64,000 nt of DNA from Spirochaetia bacterium (GTDB lineage Bacteria > Spirochaetota > Spirochaetia > UBA9216): assembly GCA_963677925.2 (NCBI GenBank), contig CAXXYH010000004.1:2368001-2432000 (forward strand). Reading direction: 5' to 3'. Below the pieces are notes generated by a model. The model ran no database searches and was not told the origin of the DNA. It worked only from the letters and a program-made list of their open reading frames with translations. Made by a program: the position numbers and the translations under genes. The first letter of the stretch is position 1, and each line of letters begins with the position of its first letter. Of this stretch, positions 9,659 through 19,391 are shown piece by piece.

Positions 9659-9687
9659 TTGACACGATATTTTTAAATCGATAAAAT
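9659..9687 (+). promoter_or_regulatory. sigma70 promoter of the hydrogenase operon
   Basis: TTGACA-17-TAAAAT, 9 nt before ATG 9697; overlapped by an ATCGATAAA repeat. Confidence 0.7.
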
Positions 9688-9696
9688 ATAGACTAT

Positions 9697-9948
9697 ATGA
9701 AGAACAGGATCATAATATGCATGGGAAGCTCGTGTTATGCAAGAGGCAACAGGGATAATGTAAGTCTCATAAGGGAATACCTGGAAGCTAACAATATCAA
9801 TGGAAGTGTTGAATTCAGCGGCAGCCTCTGTGAGAATAACTGCAGCCGCGGTCCTGTAGTTACAATCAACGGAAAAACTTTTTTCGATGTGGATAGGCCT
9901 CTTCTTCTTCAGATTCTGGATTCAGAGGTGATGAATGAACAGTCTTAA
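9697..9948 (+). CDS. Thioredoxin-like [2Fe-2S] ferredoxin (HfsA-like)
   Basis: CMGSSC...LCENNCSRGP; first gene of the hydrogenase cluster. Confidence 0.85.
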   Translation: MKNRIIICMGSSCYARGNRDNVSLIREYLEANNINGSVEFSGSLCENNCSRGPVVTINGKTFFDVDRPLLLQILDSEVMNEQS

Positions 9949-11656
9949 AGCTATTTATCCGATTTATACTGAAAAAACCGAGTGTCTAGACTGCTATAAG
10001 TGTGTAAGGGAGTGCCCGGTTAAGGCTATCACTTTTATCAACGGACATGCATCTGTTGATCAGGAGCTTTGTGTTTTCTGCGGCAGATGTGTTACGGTCT
10101 GTCCTGCCGGAGCAAAGCGGGCACGGAATGATCTGGGCAGGGTTAAAAGCCTGCTTTCTGAAAATCCCAATGTTATTCTGTCCATAGCACCCTCATGGCG
10201 CGGAGAATTTCCCGGCGTAACAGAGGCCGACTTGATAGCTGCTGCTGAAACCGCAGGTTTTGCAGGAGTTTCTGAAACCGCCATAGGCGCAGAGGCTGTT
10301 TCAAAAACTATCGGTGAGCTGTTCAGAAGAAGCGGCGAAAAGCTTTTAATCTCCTCAGCTTGTCCCAGTGTTGTTGAATATATATGTAAATATAAGCCCG
10401 AGTTCCGGGAAAACATAACTCCGGTATTATCTCCGATGCTTACACACTGCAGTATCATTAAACAGACTCAGGCTCCAGGTACAGAAATTGTATTTGCAGG
10501 TCCATGCTTATCGAAAAAACGGGAGTCTGACGGACACAGCGATCTGTGCCGGGCTGCAATTAGTTTCCTGGATCTGCGTGAGCTTCTTGGTTCAGATCTC
10601 AAAGGGGCTGCAGAGGCAGCCGCAGGTAAAGTGAAAACTCCTGTTCTCGGCAGAAGCGGAAAGGCTGCTCTTTATCCCTATGAGGGCGGAATGATAGAGA
10701 GCATTCAAAGCAGCAGCACTGCAAAAGATGATGATATAATTTATATGAGTTTTTCAGGGCTTGATGAAATAGCTGAAGCTCTGGAAGGCCTAAACGAAAT
10801 TGAACCAGACAGAAAGATTTTTCTGGAACTCCTTTCCTGCCGCGGCGGATGCATTAATGGTCCCGGCTGCACAAGAAAGGGTTCGGTTCTCAAGAAGCTT
10901 CAGGTTATAGAAAACAGCCGCAAGAAAGCTGAAAATGATTTCACACCGGGAAGAATTGATGAAAACTGGAGTTTTTCAATCAAACAGCCGGAAAACCGGA
11001 CAGATGAAGAAATCAAAAAGGCTCTTTCACTTGTCGGGAAATACGGTATAGAAGATGAACTTAACTGCGGCGGCTGCGGCTATAATACCTGCCGCGAGTT
11101 TGCTGTTGCCTGCCTTGACGGTAAGGCGGAAACTGTCATGTGTGTATCGCACATGCGCAGGCTCGCACAGAAAAAAGCAAACATAATTATCGAAAAAATG
11201 CCCTCAGGCGTTGTAATAGTTGATGAGGCTCTGAGGATACTTGAAAGCAACAGACGATTTGCAGAGATGATGGGTGAAGAAACCCTGGTAATGTGGGAAA
11301 GCCGTCCGATGCTTGAAGGTGCAATGGTCGAAAAAATACTGCCTTTTTCCGGACTTTTTGAAACCGTTTTGAAACGCGGCGGAGAAATACTGGATCGTAA
11401 CATTCAGTTTAACAGTAAGGTACTCAGCGTTACAGTATTTCCGATTATAGAGCACCAGACTGCCTGCGCAATAATCCAGGATGTAACACTTCCATGGGTC
11501 AACCGGGACAGGGTTATCAGAAAGGCCGAAGAGGTTATCAGCCGCAATCTTGAAACAGTACAGCAGATTGCCTATCTCCTGGGAGAAAACGCTGCAGAGA
11601 ATGAAGTAATCATGAATTCCATCATTGAGTCGTTCAGCGGGGAGAAAGATGCATAA
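9935..11656 (+). CDS. Sensory (group C) [FeFe]-hydrogenase with FeS and PAS domains (HydS/HfsB-like)
   Basis: 2x[4Fe-4S] N-terminus; variant H-cluster motifs SSACP, GPCLSKK and ELLSCRGGCING; NCGGCGY..C FeS motif; C-terminal PAS. Confidence 0.9.
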   Translation: MNSLKAIYPIYTEKTECLDCYKCVRECPVKAITFINGHASVDQELCVFCGRCVTVCPAGAKRARNDLGRVKSLLSENPNVILSIAPSWRGEFPGVTEADLIAAAETAGFAGVSETAIGAEAVSKTIGELFRRSGEKLLISSACPSVVEYICKYKPEFRENITPVLSPMLTHCSIIKQTQAPGTEIVFAGPCLSKKRESDGHSDLCRAAISFLDLRELLGSDLKGAAEAAAGKVKTPVLGRSGKAALYPYEGGMIESIQSSSTAKDDDIIYMSFSGLDEIAEALEGLNEIEPDRKIFLELLSCRGGCINGPGCTRKGSVLKKLQVIENSRKKAENDFTPGRIDENWSFSIKQPENRTDEEIKKALSLVGKYGIEDELNCGGCGYNTCREFAVACLDGKAETVMCVSHMRRLAQKKANIIIEKMPSGVVIVDEALRILESNRRFAEMMGEETLVMWESRPMLEGAMVEKILPFSGLFETVLKRGGEILDRNIQFNSKVLSVTVFPIIEHQTACAIIQDVTLPWVNRDRVIRKAEEVISRNLETVQQIAYLLGENAAENEVIMNSIIESFSGEKDA

Positions 11657-12827
11657 CTGTTTTCTGGATATTGATTATGCCCGCATAAACAAGAAATCCC
11701 AGCGCGCAGGCGGAGATGTCTTCCTTTCAAGGAAGTCGGACACTGACGGCCGGGTCGTTTCGGTACTTTCCGACGGTCTTGGAAGCGGCATAAAGGCGAA
11801 TGTTCTTGCAACACTGACGACAACACTTGCCGCGGGATGTATAGCAGGCAGCCTTTCAATTGAGAGAACCGCGGAAGTGATAATGCGAAGCCTTCCTGAA
11901 TGCAGCGAAAGAAAAATCAGTTATGCCACCTTTACAATTATTGATATTGAATACGACGGAAGCACAAGGATTATTGAGTATGATAATCCGGGATACCTGC
12001 TTTTGAGGGACGGCAAACTTCTTACCCCCGAAAAGAAAATGATAACCGTCAACAGTCCGAACGGAAGAAACAGTCTGTATTTTTCGTTCATAAAACTGCA
12101 GAGCGGTGATCGCATTGTTATGTACTCTGACGGAGTCCCTCAGTCGGGCATAGGAAACAGGGAGCTGCCGCTAGGGTGGGAAACCGAAAGGGCCAATGAC
12201 TGGATTGTTAAAAAAATAGCCGGACAGCCTGATATTTCTTCAAGGGAACTGTCTAAGGCTGTTGTAAACAGGGCAGTGAGAAACGATATCTATATTCCCC
12301 GTGATGATATTACCTGTGCTGTTATTTTTGCCAGACAGCCCCGGAAACTGATGGTTGTCACCGGTCCACCGCTGGACAGCGCGAGGGATTCTGAACTTGC
12401 CGGAATGGTTAAAAGCTTCCCGGGCAAGATGATTGTAAGCGGAGGCACCACCGCTAATATTATTTCAAGAGAACTCGGACGCAAGGTTCGAACCGATCTC
12501 AGCAGACTTGACGAAGATCTTCCTCCTACCGCTCAGATGGATGGAATTGACCTTGTAACTGAAGGAATATTCACTCTTGCGCGTACCGCGGAACTGCTTG
12601 AATCGGGTGAATACCGTTCAATGCGCCGGCAGAACGGAGCATCGCAGATTATCGATCTTCTTCTGGACAGCGATGAAATCAATTTCGTAGTGGGGACCCG
12701 GATCAATAATGCTCATCAGGATCCGAATGTTCCGGTAGGTCTGGAGATAAGACGGAATATCGTAAACCGCATAGGAAAATGTCTTTCAGACAAGTTACTT
12801 AAGGAAGTAAACATCTCTTATATATAG
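11649..12827 (+). CDS. SpoIIE/PP2C-type Ser/Thr phosphatase (HfsC-like)
   Basis: GGD, LSDGLGSG, YSDG and DDIT motifs; ATG at 11649 follows GGAG. Confidence 0.88.
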   Translation: MHNCFLDIDYARINKKSQRAGGDVFLSRKSDTDGRVVSVLSDGLGSGIKANVLATLTTTLAAGCIAGSLSIERTAEVIMRSLPECSERKISYATFTIIDIEYDGSTRIIEYDNPGYLLLRDGKLLTPEKKMITVNSPNGRNSLYFSFIKLQSGDRIVMYSDGVPQSGIGNRELPLGWETERANDWIVKKIAGQPDISSRELSKAVVNRAVRNDIYIPRDDITCAVIFARQPRKLMVVTGPPLDSARDSELAGMVKSFPGKMIVSGGTTANIISRELGRKVRTDLSRLDEDLPPTAQMDGIDLVTEGIFTLARTAELLESGEYRSMRRQNGASQIIDLLLDSDEINFVVGTRINNAHQDPNVPVGLEIRRNIVNRIGKCLSDKLLKEVNISYI

Positions 12828-12850
12828 GAGATGGATAAAAGGGAGTTAAT

Positions 12851-13342
12851 ATGGCTGCAGAAAAAATGAAGAAGGTATGGGAAATCCTTGAAGCAAATGA
12901 TTTCAACCAGGCAAGGCTTATACCCATCCTACAGGCTATCCAGGATGAATACCGTTATCTGCCCGAAGAAGTTCTGACATTCACCGCAACCGCATTAGGC
13001 CTGTCGCCGGCCAAGGTTTTCGGTGTCGTAACTTTTTACAGTCACTTTTCGCTTGAGCCCAAAGGGAAATATGTGATTAAGGTATGTGACGGAACAGCCT
13101 GCCACGTAAAGGGTTCGGGAAAGCTGATCGAAACCATCCGGAAGCATCTTGAGCTCGGTGAAAAGGATAGAAGCACAAGAGACCTTATGTTCACTCTTGA
13201 GACTGTTTCATGCCTGGGAGCATGCGGACTTGCCCCGGCTGTCGTTGTGAACGATAAGATATTCGGACAGGTTACCGAAGCCGGAGTGAGAGAAATTATC
13301 GACAACATCAAAGCATCGGAGGCAGTTCATGTCTGCAGTTAA
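12851..13342 (+). CDS. hydC: NuoE-like [2Fe-2S] subunit of bifurcating hydrogenase (HydC)
   Basis: CDGTACHVKG and CLGACGLAP motifs. Confidence 0.9.
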   Translation: MAAEKMKKVWEILEANDFNQARLIPILQAIQDEYRYLPEEVLTFTATALGLSPAKVFGVVTFYSHFSLEPKGKYVIKVCDGTACHVKGSGKLIETIRKHLELGEKDRSTRDLMFTLETVSCLGACGLAPAVVVNDKIFGQVTEAGVREIIDNIKASEAVHVCS

Positions 13343-15224
13343 TCTTGATACCATTAAAGACCGTTATACACAGATGCGAAGCGAGGTTGAGCGCAGGATC
13401 ATAGTATGTGCCGGTACCGGCTGCCTTGCCAACGGTTCGGCCGATATCTTCAAATCATTTGAACAGAAGCAGCTTGAGCGCGGACTTAAAGTCAGTGTTG
13501 AACTTAAACCGGAAGACGATTCACCTGATATTCTTGTTTCGGGAAGCGGATGTCAGGGCTTCTGCCAGGTTGGTCCGCTTGTAACTATTCAGCCAGACGG
13601 TATCCTCTATGCACATGTTAAACCTGAAGATGTGGAAGATATCATTGAAAAGACAATAGTCAACGGTGAGGTAATTGAAAGACTCCTGTACACAGAACCT
13701 GCTTCAGGGAACAGCTGCAGGGGTACTTCAGAAATACCTTTTTACGCTAAACAGAGCAGACAGGTACTGAAAAACTGCGGAAACTGCGATCCGCTTGATC
13801 TGAATGAATATATTGCCGGAGACGGTTATGAGGCTGCCAGAAAGGCTTTCACTGCCATGAAGCCCGAAGATATCTGTGCACTTATAAAAGAAGCCGGTTT
13901 AAGAGGCCGGGGCGGCGGAGGCTTCTCTACAGGACGAAAGTGGGAGCTGGCATGCAGGCAGCAGTCGGATAAAAAGTACATAATCTGTAACGGCGACGAG
14001 GGAGATCCGGGTGCATTCATGGACCGGAGTATCCTGGAGGGAAATCCTCACTCCGTTGTTGAAGGCATGATGATAGCCGCGGCGGCAACAGGTTCGGATG
14101 AAGGTTATATCTATGTAAGAACTGAGTATCCACTTGCTGTTGAACGAATCAGGAAGGCAATTGCATCAGCCGAGGCTGCGGGGATCCTGGGCAATTCGAT
14201 TTTCGGTACCGGCCGGGGGCTTAAGCTCCACGTAATGGAAGGCGCCGGAGCCTTCGTCTGCGGAGAGGCCAGCGCCATGGTTTCAAGTATTATGGGAAAC
14301 CGCGGTATGCCTAAACCCAAGCCGCCAAGAACCGCCGAGAAAGGTCTGTGGGATATGCCTACAGTTGTAAATAATGTTGAAACTCTTGCTACCGTGCCGA
14401 TGATACTCCGTGAGGGTGTTGAAGCTTACAGGTCGAAGGGTACAGAGGGTTCACCGGGTACCAAGACTTTTGCTCTTACGGGGCACGTAGCAAATACCGG
14501 TTTAATTGAAGTTCCTTTCGGAACAACCCTGCGACAGATTATCTTTGAAATCGGCGGTGGTGTTATCGATGAAAACGGTAAAATAGATAACAGCGCTTTT
14601 AAGGCTGTTCAGATCGGCGGACCATCAGGAGGCTGTCTTATTGAAGAGCATCTCGATATTCCGCTGGATTTTGATTCGCTTGGAAAAGTAGGAGCCATGA
14701 TAGGATCGGGCGGACTGGTTGTAATGAACAAATCAACCTGTATGGTTCAGATTGCCCGCTTTTTTATGCAGTTCACCCAGCATGAGTCCTGCGGAAAATG
14801 TATTCCATGCCGTGAAGGAACCAGGCAGATGCTTGAACTTCTTGATTCAATTATGGACGGCAGGGCCGATGAATCCACACTGGATCTGCTTGAAGAGTTG
14901 TGCATGACTGTGTCAAAGGCATCGCTCTGCGGTCTTGGCAAATCAGCGCCGTCACCGGTTCTCTCAACACTTAAACAGTTTCGTGAAGAGTATCTTGCAC
15001 ATGTTGCGGATAAACGATGCCCGTCAGGACAATGCAAGGCCTTAACTCCGATTAGCATTGATCCGGAGCTCTGCAGGGGCTGTACGCTCTGCGCCAGAAA
15101 ATGTCCGGTCGGTGCAATAAAAGGTGATAAGAAGGAAGCACATGTTATAGATGATGATCTCTGTATCAAATGCGGTGCATGTATAGAAGCCTGTAAATTC
15201 AATGCAATAGGAGGTGCGGCATGA
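13329..15224 (+). CDS. hydB: NuoF-like FMN/NADH subunit of bifurcating hydrogenase (HydB)
   Basis: LRGRGGGGF, NGDEGDPG, GAGAFVCGE and ESCGKC.PCR motifs; C-terminal 2x[4Fe-4S]. Confidence 0.93.
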   Translation: MSAVNLDTIKDRYTQMRSEVERRIIVCAGTGCLANGSADIFKSFEQKQLERGLKVSVELKPEDDSPDILVSGSGCQGFCQVGPLVTIQPDGILYAHVKPEDVEDIIEKTIVNGEVIERLLYTEPASGNSCRGTSEIPFYAKQSRQVLKNCGNCDPLDLNEYIAGDGYEAARKAFTAMKPEDICALIKEAGLRGRGGGGFSTGRKWELACRQQSDKKYIICNGDEGDPGAFMDRSILEGNPHSVVEGMMIAAAATGSDEGYIYVRTEYPLAVERIRKAIASAEAAGILGNSIFGTGRGLKLHVMEGAGAFVCGEASAMVSSIMGNRGMPKPKPPRTAEKGLWDMPTVVNNVETLATVPMILREGVEAYRSKGTEGSPGTKTFALTGHVANTGLIEVPFGTTLRQIIFEIGGGVIDENGKIDNSAFKAVQIGGPSGGCLIEEHLDIPLDFDSLGKVGAMIGSGGLVVMNKSTCMVQIARFFMQFTQHESCGKCIPCREGTRQMLELLDSIMDGRADESTLDLLEELCMTVSKASLCGLGKSAPSPVLSTLKQFREEYLAHVADKRCPSGQCKALTPISIDPELCRGCTLCARKCPVGAIKGDKKEAHVIDDDLCIKCGACIEACKFNAIGGAA

Positions 15225-17158
15225 ATAACGCTGAAACATACCTGACACTCAATAATGTAAAAGTTCCGATTGAAGGGGAGCGTAATCTGCTTGAACTCAT
15301 AAGAAAAGCCGGAATAGATCTTCCCACCTTCTGCTACCATTCAGAATTGAGTGTTTACGGGGCATGCCGGCTCTGTATTGTTGAAATAGAAGGTAAGGGA
15401 ATTACCGCATCATGCGCGGAACCGCCCAGACCCGGTATGGTTGTAAAGACTTCTACCAAAAAACTTCGTGATATGCGCAGAATGACTCTCGAGCTGCTGC
15501 TTGCAAATCATAAGTTTGACTGTCCCTCCTGTGAGAAGGCCGGAGACTGCAGACTTCTTGAAATATCAAACAAGCTCGGAGTCCGTGACATCCGGTTCGG
15601 AAGAACCAGACCCTTTGCAGAAAAGGACTGCATGTCAGACAGTCTTATACGTGATCCCGATAAGTGTATCCTCTGCGGCGACTGTGTACGCTACTGCGCT
15701 GAGATTCAGGGAATAGGCGCTATTGACTTCGCCTACCGCGGAGAAGAGGTAAAGGTTACCCCCGCATTCAACAAAAGTCTTGCAAAGGTTGACTGTGTTA
15801 ACTGCGGAGGCTGTGCTGCGGTATGTCCCACCGGTGCAATTCTGGCACGCAATGAAATTGATGCAGTGCTTGAGAGTATTGATGATGAAAATACGCTTAC
15901 TGCCGTACAGATCGCACCGGCTGTTCCTGCAGCTCTTGGTGAAGAGTTCGGACTGGAGGGTGAGGATGTCACCGGAAAGATTATTACAGCACTTAGAATG
16001 ATAGGTTTTGATAAGATTTACAGCACAGCCTTCGGTGCCGATATGACGGTTCTTGAAGAGTCTGCTGAATTTATAAAAAGAAAACAGGATGGAAGGAAGC
16101 TTCCGCTGTTTACCTCTTGCTGTCCGGCCTGGGTTAAATACGCGGAACAGTTCTATCCGGAAATACTCGAGAACGTCTCAAGCTGCATGTCGCCTCAGGA
16201 GATGGTCGGCAGCCTTGCAGAGCGGATACTGACAGAGGATGGAAGCCTGGGGACTGGTAAAAAGCTTTCGGTAATCTCGGTAATGCCCTGCACAGCAAAA
16301 AAATATGAGAAGAACAGACCCGAGCTCTCAAGAGACGGCAGGCAGCTTGTTAATAATGTTATAACAACCAGGGAGCTTGCTGCCCTGATAAAGATGCATG
16401 GACTTCGTTTTGCAGAACTTAAACCCTCTGCTATGGATCTCCCGATGGGATACAGTTCAGGAGCTGGAACAATATTCGGTAATTCCGGAGGAGTTGCTGA
16501 AGCTGTACTGAGATATACAGGAGATCCTGATATTAAAGTATGCACCGTTCAGGGGCTGAAAGCTGCCGGAGAGATGGCTGAAAAGGTTAAAAACGGCGAA
16601 TGTGAATATGATCTGATTGAGGTTATGGCCTGTCCGGGAGGCTGCATAGGCGGCGCAGGACAGCCGGTAGCTGAGGATCGGTCGGTTCTAAAAAAGAGAG
16701 CTGAAGTTTTAAGAGACACTGATCGGATCCAGCCGGTTCATACTTCCTGTCAGAATCCGTTTATAGACGGAATATACGAAAAATTTCTAGGGGGAAAACC
16801 CGGGTCCGGGGAATCGCATAAGCTTCTGCATACCGGCTACCAGAGCCGCCGAAGAATTGAAGCCTCCGGTTTCGATTTGATTAAGGCTTCGTCCGGCGCT
16901 GAAGATTCACTTAGTGTAAGCGTCTGTGTGGGAACAAGCTGCTTTCTGAAAGGTTCGCAGAAGATACTCGCCGACGTACTTGAGGCGGCAGAAGCACCGG
17001 AACTGAAAGGACGGCTGAATGTTCAGGCATCATTCTGCAGTGAGCACTGTGAAAAGGGGCCGAATGTACATGTGGGAGACAAACTTCTTACAGGGACTGA
17101 TTCTGAAAAAATAATCAGTCTAATAAAAAAAGAATTGGGATTTGCCGCTAAAAACTAG
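15221..17158 (+). CDS. hydA: Group A3 [FeFe]-hydrogenase catalytic subunit with C-terminal [2Fe-2S] domain
   Basis: H-cluster motifs TSCCPAW, MPCTAKKYE and EVMACPGGC; N-terminal 2Fe-2S, His-ligated 4Fe-4S and 2x4Fe-4S; C-terminal CVGTSC...FCSEHC. Confidence 0.93.
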   Translation: MNNAETYLTLNNVKVPIEGERNLLELIRKAGIDLPTFCYHSELSVYGACRLCIVEIEGKGITASCAEPPRPGMVVKTSTKKLRDMRRMTLELLLANHKFDCPSCEKAGDCRLLEISNKLGVRDIRFGRTRPFAEKDCMSDSLIRDPDKCILCGDCVRYCAEIQGIGAIDFAYRGEEVKVTPAFNKSLAKVDCVNCGGCAAVCPTGAILARNEIDAVLESIDDENTLTAVQIAPAVPAALGEEFGLEGEDVTGKIITALRMIGFDKIYSTAFGADMTVLEESAEFIKRKQDGRKLPLFTSCCPAWVKYAEQFYPEILENVSSCMSPQEMVGSLAERILTEDGSLGTGKKLSVISVMPCTAKKYEKNRPELSRDGRQLVNNVITTRELAALIKMHGLRFAELKPSAMDLPMGYSSGAGTIFGNSGGVAEAVLRYTGDPDIKVCTVQGLKAAGEMAEKVKNGECEYDLIEVMACPGGCIGGAGQPVAEDRSVLKKRAEVLRDTDRIQPVHTSCQNPFIDGIYEKFLGGKPGSGESHKLLHTGYQSRRRIEASGFDLIKASSGAEDSLSVSVCVGTSCFLKGSQKILADVLEAAEAPELKGRLNVQASFCSEHCEKGPNVHVGDKLLTGTDSEKIISLIKKELGFAAKN

Positions 17159-17193
17159 GAACGCACCAACTTCTGTTTGAACGGCATTATATT

Positions 17194-17224
17194 ACCGGTC
17201 CGCGGTTCGCGGCCGGTTTTTTTT
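17194..17224 (+). terminator. Rho-independent terminator of the hydrogenase operon
   Basis: ACCGG(T)CCGCG-GTT-CGCGGCCGG followed by T8. Confidence 0.8.
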
Positions 17225-17302
17225 ATTTGAAACTTGAAATTCAGCAGCTGCTTACATAAACTTTATAGTATTACAAGTAGCGATTAGAAGAAAAGGTAGA
17301 TA

Positions 17303-18178
17303 ATGAAATTTAGAAAGACTGTTTTAGTGTATATCTCAGTCGGTTTTTTGCTTGGCATGCTCTGTCTTGATGCCATGTCTGTTGTTCAGAAACTATTAAT
17401 TTCAGCACCTATGAATATTCAAGGCTTTTTTATCCCTTCGGTGATGGGGGCGCTGTCCGGTGCAGTAATAAGCCTGCAGCTCTACTATCTGAAAGGGAAA
17501 AATCTTCAGCTGAACAGATATCTGGAGATAGAAAAAATACTTCATCATGAACTTGAACACCGGGTAAAAAATAATTTTCAGTATATTATTTCGGTTCTGT
17601 CACTTAAGTCGATGGGTAAACAGGACAATCCTGAAATTCAGAACATGCTTTTAAGCTGCAGGAACAGGATAGAAAGTGCAAAGACCCTTCATGATCTTGT
17701 ATATACCGATATGAATAATCTTTCCACAGAATCAAAAATCAGAGTACTTGTTGAGGAACTTATTGAAAATCTTACAGGACGGACAGATGTTCCCAGACTC
17801 AGACTTTTTACTGATCTTCCCGACGAAAGCTTAAACCGTGATGTTGAATATAATATCCTTCAGATAATTGTTGAGGCTGTAATGAATGCGGTAAATTTTG
17901 CCTATATTGATTCTAATTCTCAGCCTGAACTGCGAATTGAGCTGTTTACTGTAAAAGAGCGTATTTTTCTGCAGATCAGTGATAACGGCTGCGGCATGGA
18001 AGCTTTATCTGAAGAAAATGACGGGCTTGGAATTAAGATGATATACGCAATTGCCGCACAGATGAGTGCAGACGTTGAGATTATACCTAAAAAAGAAGAT
18101 ACCGGCGGTGTCGAGATTATTCTTTCATTTAAAGCTTCTGAGGCCAAAGTGAATCTGGCCAGAAAAACTTATTATTGA
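17303..18178 (+). CDS. Membrane sensor histidine kinase (HisKA_2 type)
   Basis: Two TM segments; ELEHRVKNN, EAVMNA, DNGCG and GLG boxes. Confidence 0.88.
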   Translation: MKFRKTVLVYISVGFLLGMLCLDAMSVVQKLLISAPMNIQGFFIPSVMGALSGAVISLQLYYLKGKNLQLNRYLEIEKILHHELEHRVKNNFQYIISVLSLKSMGKQDNPEIQNMLLSCRNRIESAKTLHDLVYTDMNNLSTESKIRVLVEELIENLTGRTDVPRLRLFTDLPDESLNRDVEYNILQIIVEAVMNAVNFAYIDSNSQPELRIELFTVKERIFLQISDNGCGMEALSEENDGLGIKMIYAIAAQMSADVEIIPKKEDTGGVEIILSFKASEAKVNLARKTYY

Positions 18179-18218
18179 TAAAAATTTCATGTTAGAATAA
18201 TAGTTCTGGAGGATTGTT

Positions 18219-19376
18219 ATGAGTTTCAATTTTTATATTCCGACTAAAGTTCTTTTCGGTCCTGGACGTCTTGAGGATCTTTCCCGTGAAAAACTGCCGG
18301 GTAAAAAAGCTCTGATTGTGATTTCATCAGGAAATTCAATGAAGAAGCTCGGTTATCTGGACAGGCTGATCAAACTGCTTGCAAAGCAATCGGTTGATTC
18401 TGTTGTCTTTGATAAAATTCTTCCCAATCCTGTTCTCCGTCATGTGACCGAAGGTGCTGAGCTTGCTAAAAAGGAAGGCTGTGATTTTGTTATTGGCCTG
18501 GGTGGAGGAAGCAGTATTGATTCTGCCAAAAGTATAGCAGTGATGGCTAAAAATCCGGGTAATTACTGGGATTACATAAACGGCGGCAGCGGAAAAGGGC
18601 TTCCCGTTAAAGGCGGTGTCCTCCCGATAGTAGCAGTCACAACCACAGCCGGAACAGGCACAGAAGCAGACCCCTGGACGGTAATCACAAATGAAGAAGG
18701 CAATGAAAAAATCGGCTTCGGTACGCCTGAAACCTTTCCTGTTCTGTCAATTGTTGATCCGGAACTTATGATCTCTGTTCCGCCTGCGCTTACTGCCTAC
18801 CAGGGGTTTGACGCTCTGTTTCATTCGCTTGAGGGCTATATTGCAAATATTGCAACACCGGTGAGCGATGCCTTCGCCCTTAAAGCTATAGAACTTATTG
18901 CTAAATCACTGCCTGTGGCAGTTAATAACGGCAGAAATCTTGCCGCCCGTATGGATGTTGCCACTGCAAATACATTATCCGGTTTTGTAGAATCAACATC
19001 ATCCTGTACTTCAGAGCATTCAATGGAACACGCCCTCAGTGCATACTATCCGAAACTTCCTCATGGCGCGGGACTGATAATGCTTTCTGAATCATATTTC
19101 AGTTTTTTTGCTGATAAGGTTCCTGAAAAGTTTGCCGCTATGGCCGGAGCCATGGGAAAGGATAGAAAGCCTGAAAACTTTGTTCCGGCGCTTCTTGAAC
19201 TTCAGAAAGCCTGCGGAGTTGATACTCTTAAGATGTCCGATTACGGAATTCAGGCTGATGAAGTGAAAAAGATGGCTGAAAACGCCTGGTATGCAATGGG
19301 CGGACTTTTTGAGTTTGATCCTGTAAAATTATCGCTTGAACAGACTGAATCTATTATTGCCAAGGCGTATAAATAA
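18219..19376 (+). CDS. Iron-containing alcohol dehydrogenase
   Basis: GGGSSID, TTAGTGTE, DALFHSLE, HSMEH and PHG motifs. Confidence 0.93.
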   Translation: MSFNFYIPTKVLFGPGRLEDLSREKLPGKKALIVISSGNSMKKLGYLDRLIKLLAKQSVDSVVFDKILPNPVLRHVTEGAELAKKEGCDFVIGLGGGSSIDSAKSIAVMAKNPGNYWDYINGGSGKGLPVKGGVLPIVAVTTTAGTGTEADPWTVITNEEGNEKIGFGTPETFPVLSIVDPELMISVPPALTAYQGFDALFHSLEGYIANIATPVSDAFALKAIELIAKSLPVAVNNGRNLAARMDVATANTLSGFVESTSSCTSEHSMEHALSAYYPKLPHGAGLIMLSESYFSFFADKVPEKFAAMAGAMGKDRKPENFVPALLELQKACGVDTLKMSDYGIQADEVKKMAENAWYAMGGLFEFDPVKLSLEQTESIIAKAYK

Positions 19377-19391
19377 AACTATTATGCTTGC

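Noticed and set aside
14747-15340. 197-aa antisense ORF in hydB/hydA and the many other 60-190 aa nested ORFs
   Set aside because: They lie antisense or out of frame within well-supported genes and show no recognisable motifs or RBS.
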